From: Oligoflexia bacterium
GTDB lineage: Bacteria; Bdellovibrionota_C; UBA2361; SZUA-149; DAOLCO01
Length of the DNA: 30,225 bases
NCBI GenBank assembly: GCA_035327825.1
Contig: DAOLCO010000014.1
Span: 1 to 30,225, forward strand
Direction: 5' to 3'
Translations under genes and position numbers: made by a program
In this document: positions 16,805 through 25,634 of the stretch, piece after piece
Layout: every line of letters starts with the position of its first letter
How positions within the stretch are numbered: position 1 is the first letter of the stretch
Notes under the pieces: model-generated
Databases searched by the model: none
Told to the model about the DNA's origin: nothing
What the model saw: only the letters and a program-made list of their open reading frames with translations

Positions 16805-19708
16805 TTATAAAGGTAAGTCTTTCTTCATAGAAACTGGCGCCAGCATGGACAGCCTTCTTAGTACATTAAAGATATGGTCATACATCGGAGCTCCATACAT
16901 CGAAAAGGGACGAGTATAGTATCGCTCATGTTCTTTATCTAGGGTTCTTTCTGCCTCAAGTTTAAGTAATTTTCGAAAGCACTCCATCAGATGATAGTAT
17001 TGATCTTGAGAAAGGAGCCTTGGAATATCCAGATAAAAATTATAAATAATAGACAGGCGATTACCAAAGGTTATCAGGTCGAATTTGTCTGATTCGCCCA
17101 AGTTAAAAATATAATTGCAACAAGCCTTCAAGCTGTACTTTTCGTTAAGCGGTAAAATTTGTGTATAAAAATCCACTTCCCTGTCAGAATCCGGCAATGA
17201 ACTATGTTTTCTGCCAAGCAAGGAAGCTAGCACCTTAACCTCGCTTCTGTCCTCCGGTACTGTCTGCAAAAGCATATCAAAGCGACCAATCAGGGATTCT
17301 CTTAATTCAATGGGAATGAGATGAGGATGAGTAAATGCTACCTTCAAAAATTGGTGAAAATGCTGTAGATGAGGATAATCGAAATAGATATCGTCAAAGC
17401 ACTCATTCACAATTTTTGAAGTCTTTTGGACTATTCCCTGCATATCCTTGAAGTAAAACAAAGACTCCTGGGTTACAACGAGAGTTGTAAGAACATCCCA
17501 AAGATGCGTACTATCTACACTTTGAGACCTGACGCTATTTTCAAAATCATTTAAAATAAGATTAGCAAATTCATTAATTGAATTGCGAACCCGACTAATA
17601 TCTGCCGACCTGGAATCACTTCTTCGAGAATCATCGTCCAGGGAGAAAATCCTACCTACCTGTCTTATGCTCCAGAATAGACGTCTCATCGAAAGCCTCT
17701 CCTTGGAAGTAATCAAACGAACATCGGTTCTAAATAGGGATATTCCATTGGCTATCTCATCAACAAGAAAATCGCTTCTCATTCCTAACTTTGCTAGCGA
17801 AGAGACAAGTCTCCACTTTTTCTCAATGGGCAGCGAATCAACGTCACCACGCTGAATCTTTGTATAAGCTTGAAGAAAAAACTCTCTCAGTGAAGGAGAG
17901 CCACAATATTCTCCAAGAATATGAAAACTCTCTCGAAGCTCTGTCTCAAAACTGGAGTTCAGGCAGCAGTTAATGAATGGCACAATTATATTATCCCAAA
18001 ACTCTTCAAAATTATAACTTGCTATTGCTCGGGTAGCTGAAAAAAGATTGAAGTGAGTGATGCGTTCCGTCAAATCAAAACCTAAGGCATCATCTACTTT
18101 TAGTAAATCAAGGACGATTTCTCTACCAAGTTGTTCTTCATATTTTCGATCGCTGCGACCAAGTTCCTGAATACAAATAGGCACGATGTCATGCCATACG
18201 GGCAGCCGAAATCGCTCAAGGAGGATATTTTTAATGGACCCCAGATCTCCTATCAGTGCCTTCGCAAAATAAAAGATTCCAAATATATCATCCAGAAATA
18301 CAAATTCTTCAATGACTTTTACTGATCTACTTCGGTGATCAAATGAACGTCGAAGATAAAGAGGACCAATAGAGGTTTTGCTCTCCAGCAGAGCAAGGAG
18401 TCCCGCATTCTCCAAATTTTCAATATCAACCCCCTTACTTTTTAAGAAATCCTCCCAGACTGCCTGTAAATCGCCTCGAGAAAATGCTGGTACTTTATTA
18501 AGATGATAATTTTCCTGTTTTAAATACCAAGATGCGAGATGAACAAGAAACTGACGCTTGCTAAGCCAACTAAATTCACCATACCGCTCTGCTCGGGTTA
18601 GTGTTGTCTCGTAGTAGGTAATTCTTCTTTCGGACCAACTTCGCTCCAATATCTCACAACAAGCATCACATAGTCCCGAAACTTCCTGGAAAGGACGAAT
18701 ACCAAAAGCAGAATATAGCGTTGTTAATAGGTGAAAAAGCAACGGCCACTTTGCAAGTTTGAAGAGAACGTCATTAGATTGAACCATCAACCAGAACTCA
18801 TCAGCATCACTTGCAACCTCCCATGGCCACCTTTGACAGCCTTCAATCATCTGTCGCATGCTCCATGAATCCATGAGCCAGGTAACAAATCCGTTATAAT
18901 GTCTATCTCGAGAATAAAATGCCTCTGGTTGACCAGTAATAATTAACTTGGATCCAGTTAAGCGAACACTACTCTCGTAAATCCTTTGTAAATAAGCCAG
19001 TGTTTCAGCTCTTTTGTAATTACAATTTATTTCATTAAGTCCATCAAAAAGAAGAAGTGCATTACCACGAGAAATGCATTGATCGAAGAATATTCCAAGC
19101 TGTTGCTGAGACCCTTTAAATCCAATATTTATAAAATAGCTTGCAAGTGATGTTGATAGAGAGGCAGGATTGAGTTGGAAATTTTCCAGCGAAACAAGTA
19201 TTGGTACAAATCCTGATCGAGAAGGCGAAACATTGGATAGATTCTCAGTTTCGAGCGCAAGCGTCCGCAGAAAAAAGCTTTTCCCTGATCCCATCGGGCC
19301 CGAGAGCAGAACGGCTCTGTTAGCTGGATCTTCAATGAATTCTTTTAAAAAAGCTTCCCATTTTAATCGGGTTCCGTCTTCCTTAACAAGTTCAGGTGCT
19401 ACCCAGATATCTTTTGCGAGACTGGCAACTGCTGGAACCTTGGGCATAAGGAAGCGAGAATCCCACCACTTGATAAGCTCGCGCATCCAGATAATAAAAT
19501 TCCCTTTATCCTGGGGTATCGGCTGGACTAGTGATTCCACACTTAACCCGTAGAGGTTGGCAAGCTTTTTTGCAATCTCCTGGTTGAGTGGTTTGTGTCC
19601 TAACTCAAGAGCGGAAAGGTATGGATGAGTAACTCCTATACTTGAAGCAGCATTTCTTAGTGAAAGATTTGAATTCTCTCGCGCATCTCTCAGGGTAATT
19701 GTCTGCAT
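16805..19708 (-). CDS. STAND-class NTPase with N-terminal XRE-type helix-turn-helix, central NACHT domain and long C-terminal alpha-helical sensor-like region
   Basis: HTH: ITLRDARENSNLSLRNAASSIGVTHPYLSALELGHKPLNQEIAKKLANLYGLSVESL. NACHT motifs: Walker A VLLSGPMGSGKSFFL, the post-P-loop FVPILVSLENF, Walker B ALLLFDGLNEI, and the sensor-1-like KLIITGQPEAF. About 600 aa of helical sequence follow. The frame is open to a TTG at 19723; the first ATG at 19708 gives MQTITLRDAREN, a typical HTH protein N-terminus. Confidence 0.8.
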   Translation of the reverse strand: MQTITLRDARENSNLSLRNAASSIGVTHPYLSALELGHKPLNQEIAKKLANLYGLSVESLVQPIPQDKGNFIIWMRELIKWWDSRFLMPKVPAVASLAKDIWVAPELVKEDGTRLKWEAFLKEFIEDPANRAVLLSGPMGSGKSFFLRTLALETENLSNVSPSRSGFVPILVSLENFQLNPASLSTSLASYFINIGFKGSQQQLGIFFDQCISRGNALLLFDGLNEINCNYKRAETLAYLQRIYESSVRLTGSKLIITGQPEAFYSRDRHYNGFVTWLMDSWSMRQMIEGCQRWPWEVASDADEFWLMVQSNDVLFKLAKWPLLFHLLTTLYSAFGIRPFQEVSGLCDACCEILERSWSERRITYYETTLTRAERYGEFSWLSKRQFLVHLASWYLKQENYHLNKVPAFSRGDLQAVWEDFLKSKGVDIENLENAGLLALLESKTSIGPLYLRRSFDHRSRSVKVIEEFVFLDDIFGIFYFAKALIGDLGSIKNILLERFRLPVWHDIVPICIQELGRSDRKYEEQLGREIVLDLLKVDDALGFDLTERITHFNLFSATRAIASYNFEEFWDNIIVPFINCCLNSSFETELRESFHILGEYCGSPSLREFFLQAYTKIQRGDVDSLPIEKKWRLVSSLAKLGMRSDFLVDEIANGISLFRTDVRLITSKERLSMRRLFWSIRQVGRIFSLDDDSRRSDSRSADISRVRNSINEFANLILNDFENSVRSQSVDSTHLWDVLTTLVVTQESLFYFKDMQGIVQKTSKIVNECFDDIYFDYPHLQHFHQFLKVAFTHPHLIPIELRESLIGRFDMLLQTVPEDRSEVKVLASLLGRKHSSLPDSDREVDFYTQILPLNEKYSLKACCNYIFNLGESDKFDLITFGNRLSIIYNFYLDIPRLLSQDQYYHLMECFRKLLKLEAERTLDKEHERYYTRPFSMYGAPMYDHIFNVLRRLSMLAPVSMKKDLPL

Positions 19709-20072
19709 ACTTGATAGTTTCAAAATATAAAAGATGGTTTTTATTTTTAGACTTTTTTGATCTCAGTAGAACAGTAAAAAACGTAATTGCGAATTGAATG
19801 AGCAATTACAATTAATTTAAAGACAAAAAGGAGAGCCTAAATAGTTAAGACTAGATCTGGCACCTTATTAACAATACTTGTCTAAGAGGCTTCCGTTTTC
19901 TGAAAACAAGTTACAATTATGATTAAAGTCTCGATTTTGTCAATTTTAACTCTATAAAATTTTATTTCTCTAAAATTTTAATACCCTAAATTTAAATATT
20001 CAGAACCCGTATCCAATGGGCCCGTATCTATGGGGGCTGGTTCAGTTTTAGGATATCTTAATATATTAAATA

Positions 20073-20120
20073 GGGCTTGTTTCAAAACAGGCCCCAAGGA
20101 AATTTTTATAATAAAGATAG
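20073..20120 (+). repeat. Copy 3 (hairpin core only) of the dispersed repeat: GGGCTTGTTTCAAAACAGGCCCC AAGGAAATTTTTAT
   Basis: Same orientation and about 80% identity to the hairpin-plus-tail segment of copies 1 and 2. It lies in the AT-rich region upstream of the HTH-NACHT gene. Confidence 0.55.
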
Positions 20121-20319
20121 GGCATTATCGAGTAGATCAAGTTGTCATCTTGTCCTTACTCTATTTTGTCTTTGTTCTATCTCTTCTTTCGATACCAAGC
20201 ATCTTTTCCAGATACTATGAAAACGAAAAATCAATTTTGCGATAATCATAGGAGTGGGCTTATTGCTTTAGTGTTCTATTAATATTTTAGAAATCTTTTC
20301 TATAATTTCAGGAGTTATT

Positions 20320-20691
20320 ATGACTACAAAAATGACAAATGCAGCTGTTGGTTCTGCAGTTCAGGCTTTAGCCAATTTTGAAGCAGGAAGAGTTCAATCT
20401 CCTTCTCGGCCTGAAGAAAATGTTCTTCAGGCTTTAAATAATATTTCAAGTCCACCCTCCAGTCACAAGCCTGCACCAATGGAAAAATTACCCGAGCTAC
20501 GTCAGGGGAATTCGGGTAAGCCAAAGAAACCAGGAATCGGAAAGCCAAAAAATCCAGCTCAGATTCGTTCTCAGGTACTTGATCACGCAAGGCAAACTGG
20601 GGGACGACTTGAAGGTCTGTACGAAGCCGGAAAAGAGCAAAGAAGGAATTTTCTTTCTAATGCCAGAGATTTTTTCAGGGGAATTTTTTAG
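20320..20691 (+). CDS. Small low-complexity hypothetical protein (123 aa; Pro/Lys/Gly-rich)
   Basis: Strong SD (AGGAG, 7-nt spacer). The sequence is disordered-looking (KPKKPGIGKPKNP). No family recognised. Confidence 0.5.
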   Translation: MTTKMTNAAVGSAVQALANFEAGRVQSPSRPEENVLQALNNISSPPSSHKPAPMEKLPELRQGNSGKPKKPGIGKPKNPAQIRSQVLDHARQTGGRLEGLYEAGKEQRRNFLSNARDFFRGIF

Positions 20692-20715
20692 TCGAGTACG
20701 CTAAGCTGCAAAAAC

Positions 20716-21927
20716 TTATTTTGTTGTGCCAATTCTCTTTCTCGAATCTTGAATCATTGAAACTTCGGCCAAATCGGGGACTGGCTCAAATTCAGCATTT
20801 AATTCCTTAAGACTGCTCACGGGTACTTCTTTAGAGTCCGTGAGCGGAAAGGGAACCATTTTCTTGGAAACGGGTTTTGTTCTTTGGGCAAGGTAAATCC
20901 CAAGTGTTCCAAGAGAAAAAAGAAGGGTGAGTAATTTGGCGCCATGGGTAAATCTGAGTTTCCAGGTTATAACAATAAGGGCAAGGTTAAATAAAACAAG
21001 ACAGATGCTTAACCTTCCATGGGTCCATCCTCTTCTTAGAAGGAGATGATGGACATGATTCTTTTCTGCAGTAAAAGGTGATTTTCCACTAAACAGGCGA
21101 AGTGTAAACACCCGAATGGCATCAAAAAGTGGCACAAAAAGTATAACCATTGCCAGTATGGGGGCGCTTGAAGGCAACATGATATCCCTAAATCTATCAC
21201 TGCCCGCAACTTCAATGAATTTTATTGCAAGAATTGAGGAAATTAACCCAAGAAGAAGCGACCCTGTGTCGCCCATGAATATTCGGGCTGGAGGCAGGTT
21301 GTAAATTAAAAATGCAATTAAACTTCCAAGCATTGAAAATGAAATCACTGCATAAGTATGTACTCCGGCCCAGAAGAAAAATAAACCAAAAGTGGCCATG
21401 CAGAGAATGCCAAAAAGAGCACATAGGCTGTCAACGCCATCAATGAGGTTAAAAGCATTAATTATAAAAATTATGGTAAGCATTGAAAAAACGATGACCA
21501 GTGCCGGGGGGATTTGATAGAGACCAAAAAGACCATAAAAACTTGTGACCTCAAGATTTAATTTGAACACAATAATTCCTGCGGCAATTACTTGCGCTAT
21601 GAACTTTCTGGAAGCGCTTACGCCTACAATATCGTCCTTAACTCCCAGAAAGAATATTATTAATGAGGCTGCGACAATACTTGAAAGGGTACCATCGCTG
21701 ACTTCTGGCCAAAGCATACAAAGGCCCATAAAGAAACCAGCAAAGATTGCTATGCCCCCAAGAGAAGCGATAGGTTTTGAGTGAATTTTTCTTGATTCAG
21801 GTTCATCAACCAGTTTTTTTTTGTGCGCTACTGCAATAATTACCGGGAGTCCTCTTAGAGTTACAATGAACGAAACGACCGCAGAGAAAATCATCAGGAA
21901 AGATTGAGTTGAAATTTCTGATACCAT
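20716..21927 (-). CDS. wecA: Undecaprenyl-phosphate sugar-1-phosphate transferase of the MraY/WecA (GT4 polyprenyl-phosphate N-acetylhexosamine-1-P transferase) family
   Basis: 403 aa polytopic membrane protein. It has the hallmark INAFNLIDGVDSL motif and the (V/L)GDTGS-type motif (IFMGDTGSLLLG). Its size fits WecA/WbpL rather than MraY. Confidence 0.8.
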   Translation of the reverse strand: MVSEISTQSFLMIFSAVVSFIVTLRGLPVIIAVAHKKKLVDEPESRKIHSKPIASLGGIAIFAGFFMGLCMLWPEVSDGTLSSIVAASLIIFFLGVKDDIVGVSASRKFIAQVIAAGIIVFKLNLEVTSFYGLFGLYQIPPALVIVFSMLTIIFIINAFNLIDGVDSLCALFGILCMATFGLFFFWAGVHTYAVISFSMLGSLIAFLIYNLPPARIFMGDTGSLLLGLISSILAIKFIEVAGSDRFRDIMLPSSAPILAMVILFVPLFDAIRVFTLRLFSGKSPFTAEKNHVHHLLLRRGWTHGRLSICLVLFNLALIVITWKLRFTHGAKLLTLLFSLGTLGIYLAQRTKPVSKKMVPFPLTDSKEVPVSSLKELNAEFEPVPDLAEVSMIQDSRKRIGTTK

Positions 21928-22156
21928 TAAAAGTGCCGTTATTGTCCTGACTCTAAAGAACTAATCATAAAAAAGAACCAGGGCAAAAACTGCTGCGCCG
22001 CCCTGTAAAAATATGCGCCCAAGCCGTGGCAAATCAGTATATGAGAAACTATTTACGGAATGCAATTATATTTAAGCTGAATACTCCAGTTTACATCGTT
22101 CTTTTAAGGTGGTTTACTTAGAACTGTTGGATTCGAAAAAAGATGTCTAAATTAGT

Positions 22157-23134
22157 ATGAAAAACTTTGCTCTAATTGGTGCCTCGGGTTTTATTGCTCC
22201 AAGGCATTTAAAAGCTATTAAGGATACTGGAAATTCTCTTCAAGCTGCACTGGATCCATTTGACAGTGTTGGTATATTGGACAGTTACTTTCCTGATTCT
22301 GCATTTTTTACGGAATCAGAAAGATTCGATCGCCATTTAGATAAAATCAGAAGAACCAATAGTTCCCCAATTGATTTTGTAAGTATTTGTTCGCCTAACT
22401 ATTTGCATGACGCTCATATCAGGCTTGCTCTTAGAAATGGTGCGAATGCCATATGTGAAAAACCCCTGGTATTAAATCCATGGAACGTGGACGCCCTGTC
22501 AGAAATAGAAAGGGAAAGTGGAAAGCGAATTTATACCATATTGCAACTTAGACACCATGACGCCGTCAGGATGCTTAAAGCGCAGGTGTCTGAAGCTCCA
22601 AAAGATAAAACATTTGATGTTGATCTTACATACATTACTTCTCGCGGATTATGGTACGGCAGATCATGGAAGGGTAATGTTGAAAAGAGCGGTGGTATTG
22701 GTACGAATATAGGAATCCACTTTTTTGATATGCTTTGCTGGATATTCGGCGATGTAAGAGAGAGTGTTGTTCACTTAAGTGAAGCTGGTACAGCATCGGG
22801 TTTTCTGTGTCTTCAGAAGGCTCGCGTTCGCTGGTTTCTTAGCGTTGAAAGAGATAATTTGCCTGATCATGTTCGGGAGCTTGGAAAGACTACTTACCGA
22901 AGCCTTACGCTTGATGGTTCAGAGTTCGAGTTTAGTGAAGGGTTTACCGAGCTTCATACTGTGAGCTATAAAAGTATACTTTCAGGATATGGATTCGGCC
23001 TGGAGGATGCAAGAAAAAGCATTGAACTAGCTCATGTGATAAGAAATGCAGAAGCTGTTGGTCTTCGAGGTGATTATCATCCGTTTTTGCTTGAGAATAA
23101 AAGAAAAGTGGTAAATATCAATAGCGGGCGTTAA
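22157..23134 (+). CDS. Gfo/Idh/MocA-family NAD(P)-dependent sugar oxidoreductase (WbpB/WlbA-like)
   Basis: N-terminal Rossmann GxGxxA (LIGASGFIAPRH), the EKP motif (AICEKPLV) characteristic of Gfo/Idh/MocA, and a 325 aa length. Context is next to a WecA-like gene. Confidence 0.75.
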   Translation: MKNFALIGASGFIAPRHLKAIKDTGNSLQAALDPFDSVGILDSYFPDSAFFTESERFDRHLDKIRRTNSSPIDFVSICSPNYLHDAHIRLALRNGANAICEKPLVLNPWNVDALSEIERESGKRIYTILQLRHHDAVRMLKAQVSEAPKDKTFDVDLTYITSRGLWYGRSWKGNVEKSGGIGTNIGIHFFDMLCWIFGDVRESVVHLSEAGTASGFLCLQKARVRWFLSVERDNLPDHVRELGKTTYRSLTLDGSEFEFSEGFTELHTVSYKSILSGYGFGLEDARKSIELAHVIRNAEAVGLRGDYHPFLLENKRKVVNINSGR

Positions 23135-23155
23135 ATATAGAATTGGACTATTATT

Positions 23156-23196
23156 AAAAACTAGTGGGCCACAATTTTTGTGGCCCACTAGTTTTT
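23156..23196. terminator. Bidirectional rho-independent terminator between convergent genes
   Basis: Perfect 14-bp stem CTAGTGGGCCACAA / TTGTGGCCCACTAG with a 3-nt loop, flanked by AAAAA on the left and TTTTT on the right. Confidence 0.85.
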
Positions 23197-23213
23197 GTGA
23201 GAAAATGATTTCT

Positions 23214-24698
23214 CTATCTGTATCTCTGACTTGCCTTATATAGCGTGTAATTTATATCTGTAAGAACTGGCTCTCCACCCAGGTCTTCATCGTATCCGAG
23301 TACTGCATTACCATTAACTTGTACTGTGTTCGATCTGAGTGCACCATAAAATGAAAAATTTCCCAATAACTCAATTGTGTGCCCCACATTACCGGTTATA
23401 ATTCCATGAAGCGCAGCAGTTCCATTTAATCTCAGTAGTCCTCCTGCAGTTATGTAAATCTCGAGCTGATGTGGCGCCAGGTTTGTTCCAACAAGCTGAT
23501 TGCCATTAATCGATCCGTTAGCAAGGTTATCTATATACAATTGATACTTTTTATCCGGAGTTACAGTGTCAAAGTGAATTCTTGAATTACTGTTATTCTG
23601 TGGCAGCAGGTTTTTTATATAATATGGTTTGTCGGGAGTAGTAAATCGAACACCCCTGTTTGCCCCTATTGATATTGTGTGAAAGCATTGTGAAGCAAGG
23701 GTATCACCTGATGCGATTAGGTGATTAGCACTTGCTGCTGTAATGTTAACTTGAGGAACTCCACCGCAACGATCATCCCAGCTTGGTTCGTTTGGAAGGG
23801 TAAACGAGACAGGGCAGCCTGGGCCAGCACAAACATCACCGGAAACTGAACCTCCATTTAATTGCACCCCATTATTTACAAGGCTTGCAACTGAACCGTG
23901 AATAGCACTTTTCAGGCTTATATTACTTCTACTAGTGATAATACAGTTACTTCTTGGAGCACCTCTTGACCATGTTTGAGTTCCTTCATTCCATGTAAAT
24001 TTATATGACCAACACTGGTTATTAGGCGAGCCTGTGGAAAAAGGAGCGGCCTGACTGTAGTAACCAATTCCACCATTTGCAGTAACAAGTGAGGATTTAA
24101 TAAAGTTAATTCCGTGAACTCCACGTTCCGGATCGGAGCCAGTAACAGCATCAATTCTGAAGATAGGTTGATAATTACCATTTGTTTCAGTGGCCCAGAC
24201 CATGAGGAGTCTTACGCTTACATCGTTTCCAAAGTCCATGCTTTGAAAGGCCGTAACGGGATTAAATGATGCCCCTGTTACAAGATTTGATGTTGTAGGA
24301 AAAGCAGATGATCCGAAGAAAGCATTATTTGTAAGTTGTACAGCTTCGCCGCTCCCTTTCATTTTAACCATGGTAGGAATGATAAAAGCTTCCCCCTGGT
24401 TGCTTGCGCCACTTGGGCTTGAAAGATTAAAATTAGATTCAAATGAATCCTTTTTAAATCCTCCCACCATATTGGCCGAGTTTTCTTGAAGCCATGCAGT
24501 TACTTTATTAATTGTACTTTCGACGTTATAAAAATTCTCAGCGTCTTTTTTTAAGACGTATCGAACCTTATTTGAGCTTTCTGAGGTTTGAAGCATCGAG
24601 GAGCTTACAAGCATTGCAAGACCTGTTAATACCATTACTCCAAGCAGAATATATCCTTTCTGATTATTGTCTTCCTGAATATAGTTTGCCTTTTTCAT
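23214..24698 (-). CDS. PilX_N-like type IV pilus minor component / large pseudopilin-like secreted protein
   Basis: N-terminus QKGYILLGVMVLTGLAMLVSSSMLQT fits the PilX N-terminal domain pattern (Q-R/K-G, hydrophobic helix, then an MQ/LQ motif). The rest is a Gly/Asn/Ser/Thr-rich, beta-type sequence. It is the third gene of the pilin-like operon. 494 aa. Confidence 0.5.
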   Translation of the reverse strand: MKKANYIQEDNNQKGYILLGVMVLTGLAMLVSSSMLQTSESSNKVRYVLKKDAENFYNVESTINKVTAWLQENSANMVGGFKKDSFESNFNLSSPSGASNQGEAFIIPTMVKMKGSGEAVQLTNNAFFGSSAFPTTSNLVTGASFNPVTAFQSMDFGNDVSVRLLMVWATETNGNYQPIFRIDAVTGSDPERGVHGINFIKSSLVTANGGIGYYSQAAPFSTGSPNNQCWSYKFTWNEGTQTWSRGAPRSNCIITSRSNISLKSAIHGSVASLVNNGVQLNGGSVSGDVCAGPGCPVSFTLPNEPSWDDRCGGVPQVNITAASANHLIASGDTLASQCFHTISIGANRGVRFTTPDKPYYIKNLLPQNNSNSRIHFDTVTPDKKYQLYIDNLANGSINGNQLVGTNLAPHQLEIYITAGGLLRLNGTAALHGIITGNVGHTIELLGNFSFYGALRSNTVQVNGNAVLGYDEDLGGEPVLTDINYTLYKASQRYR

Positions 24699-24716
24699 GC
24701 AGCGCCTCTTTATTGT

Positions 24717-25634
24717 TTAATATTTGTAGTTTAAATTTCTTATTCCGACGACTTGAGAAACTTTTGCCAGATACGGTTTTTTAGTTCCGCTTAGTAAAGT
24801 ATCACTTTCAACTTCAACTGTTATCATTACTGATTGAACATTTTGAATGGCAGAATTTGGAAATGGATGGGCTGAAGTTGCAAGAAGGGGAAGTGTGATC
24901 GGATTTCCTGATGAATTAATGTAAGAGAAGGTGAGGCGTCCAAGGGGGACAAGTTCGTCTTCCAGGGATTCCTTTTGTCTGATAATTGGGCTTAGCTCTT
25001 CTTCTGAATGATATGAAATTACCGATACTACTTCAAGAAGGCTTCCTGAAGGAAATATTGCTCCGGGGTGAAATTCCCTGTTAATTGCAAGGGTCACCGA
25101 AGTGTTGTTCAGGCTTGCTACTGTACCATATAACCCATCATCAAGACCAACAGTGGAGTTTGTAATATAAATAGTATCACCCTGAGATATTTTTTCAGTA
25201 GATGTCAGATGTATCGTGTTTTGAGTTTCGGGGTTAAGATCTTGGGTCAGAATATAAGTTTCACCTGATTCGTTTAATCGAAAAGTAAACTTGTGTTCAG
25301 TAGTGTCTGAAACGAGGATTGGCTCTGTTACTGTTTTATCGTTAAGAGTTGCCTGATCTATAAGGAAATTTGATTGATGGAATGGCACTCCGTTTCCAAG
25401 CATCCGGATTTCGGGAGTGATCATTTCTATAATTGTTTGTGCTTTCAATTGTGTAAGAACTCTGACTTCATTGTCATGTGAAAGGGTGGAGAGAGAAAGG
25501 TATCCAGAGAGGGTTGCTCCCATTATTAGCGATGAAATCAGGAGTACAAAAAGTGATTCAATAACTGAAAAACCGTTCTCCGTCAGAATAAAATTATTTC
25601 CGGATTTTTGCTGCATAAGATTCAGGACTCCCAT
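24717..25634 (-). CDS. Prepilin-type minor pilin / pseudopilin (PilW- or GspJ/K-like size)
   Basis: Class III signal peptide ...ILTENG|FSVIESLFVLLISSLIMGA, with G at -1, F at +1 and E at +5. 305 aa. The 13-nt overlap with the upstream gene suggests translational coupling. Confidence 0.7.
   Translation of the reverse strand: MGVLNLMQQKSGNNFILTENGFSVIESLFVLLISSLIMGATLSGYLSLSTLSHDNEVRVLTQLKAQTIIEMITPEIRMLGNGVPFHQSNFLIDQATLNDKTVTEPILVSDTTEHKFTFRLNESGETYILTQDLNPETQNTIHLTSTEKISQGDTIYITNSTVGLDDGLYGTVASLNNTSVTLAINREFHPGAIFPSGSLLEVVSVISYHSEEELSPIIRQKESLEDELVPLGRLTFSYINSSGNPITLPLLATSAHPFPNSAIQNVQSVMITVEVESDTLLSGTKKPYLAKVSQVVGIRNLNYKY

Noticed and set aside
16805-19723. Considered calling the 967-aa protein an Avs-type (AVAST) antiviral STAND or a MalT/GutR-type regulator outright
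   Set aside because: Motifs establish HTH + NACHT with confidence, but which functional class it belongs to cannot be decided without HMM or structure searches and neighbourhood statistics. I kept it as a generic STAND call with both hypotheses stated.
20030-20245. 71-codon plus-strand ORF in the AT-rich region upstream of the HTH-NACHT gene
   Set aside because: It overlaps repeat copy 3, has no ribosome-binding site, and has odd composition. It is most likely a chance ORF in AT-rich DNA. This is not fully excluded.
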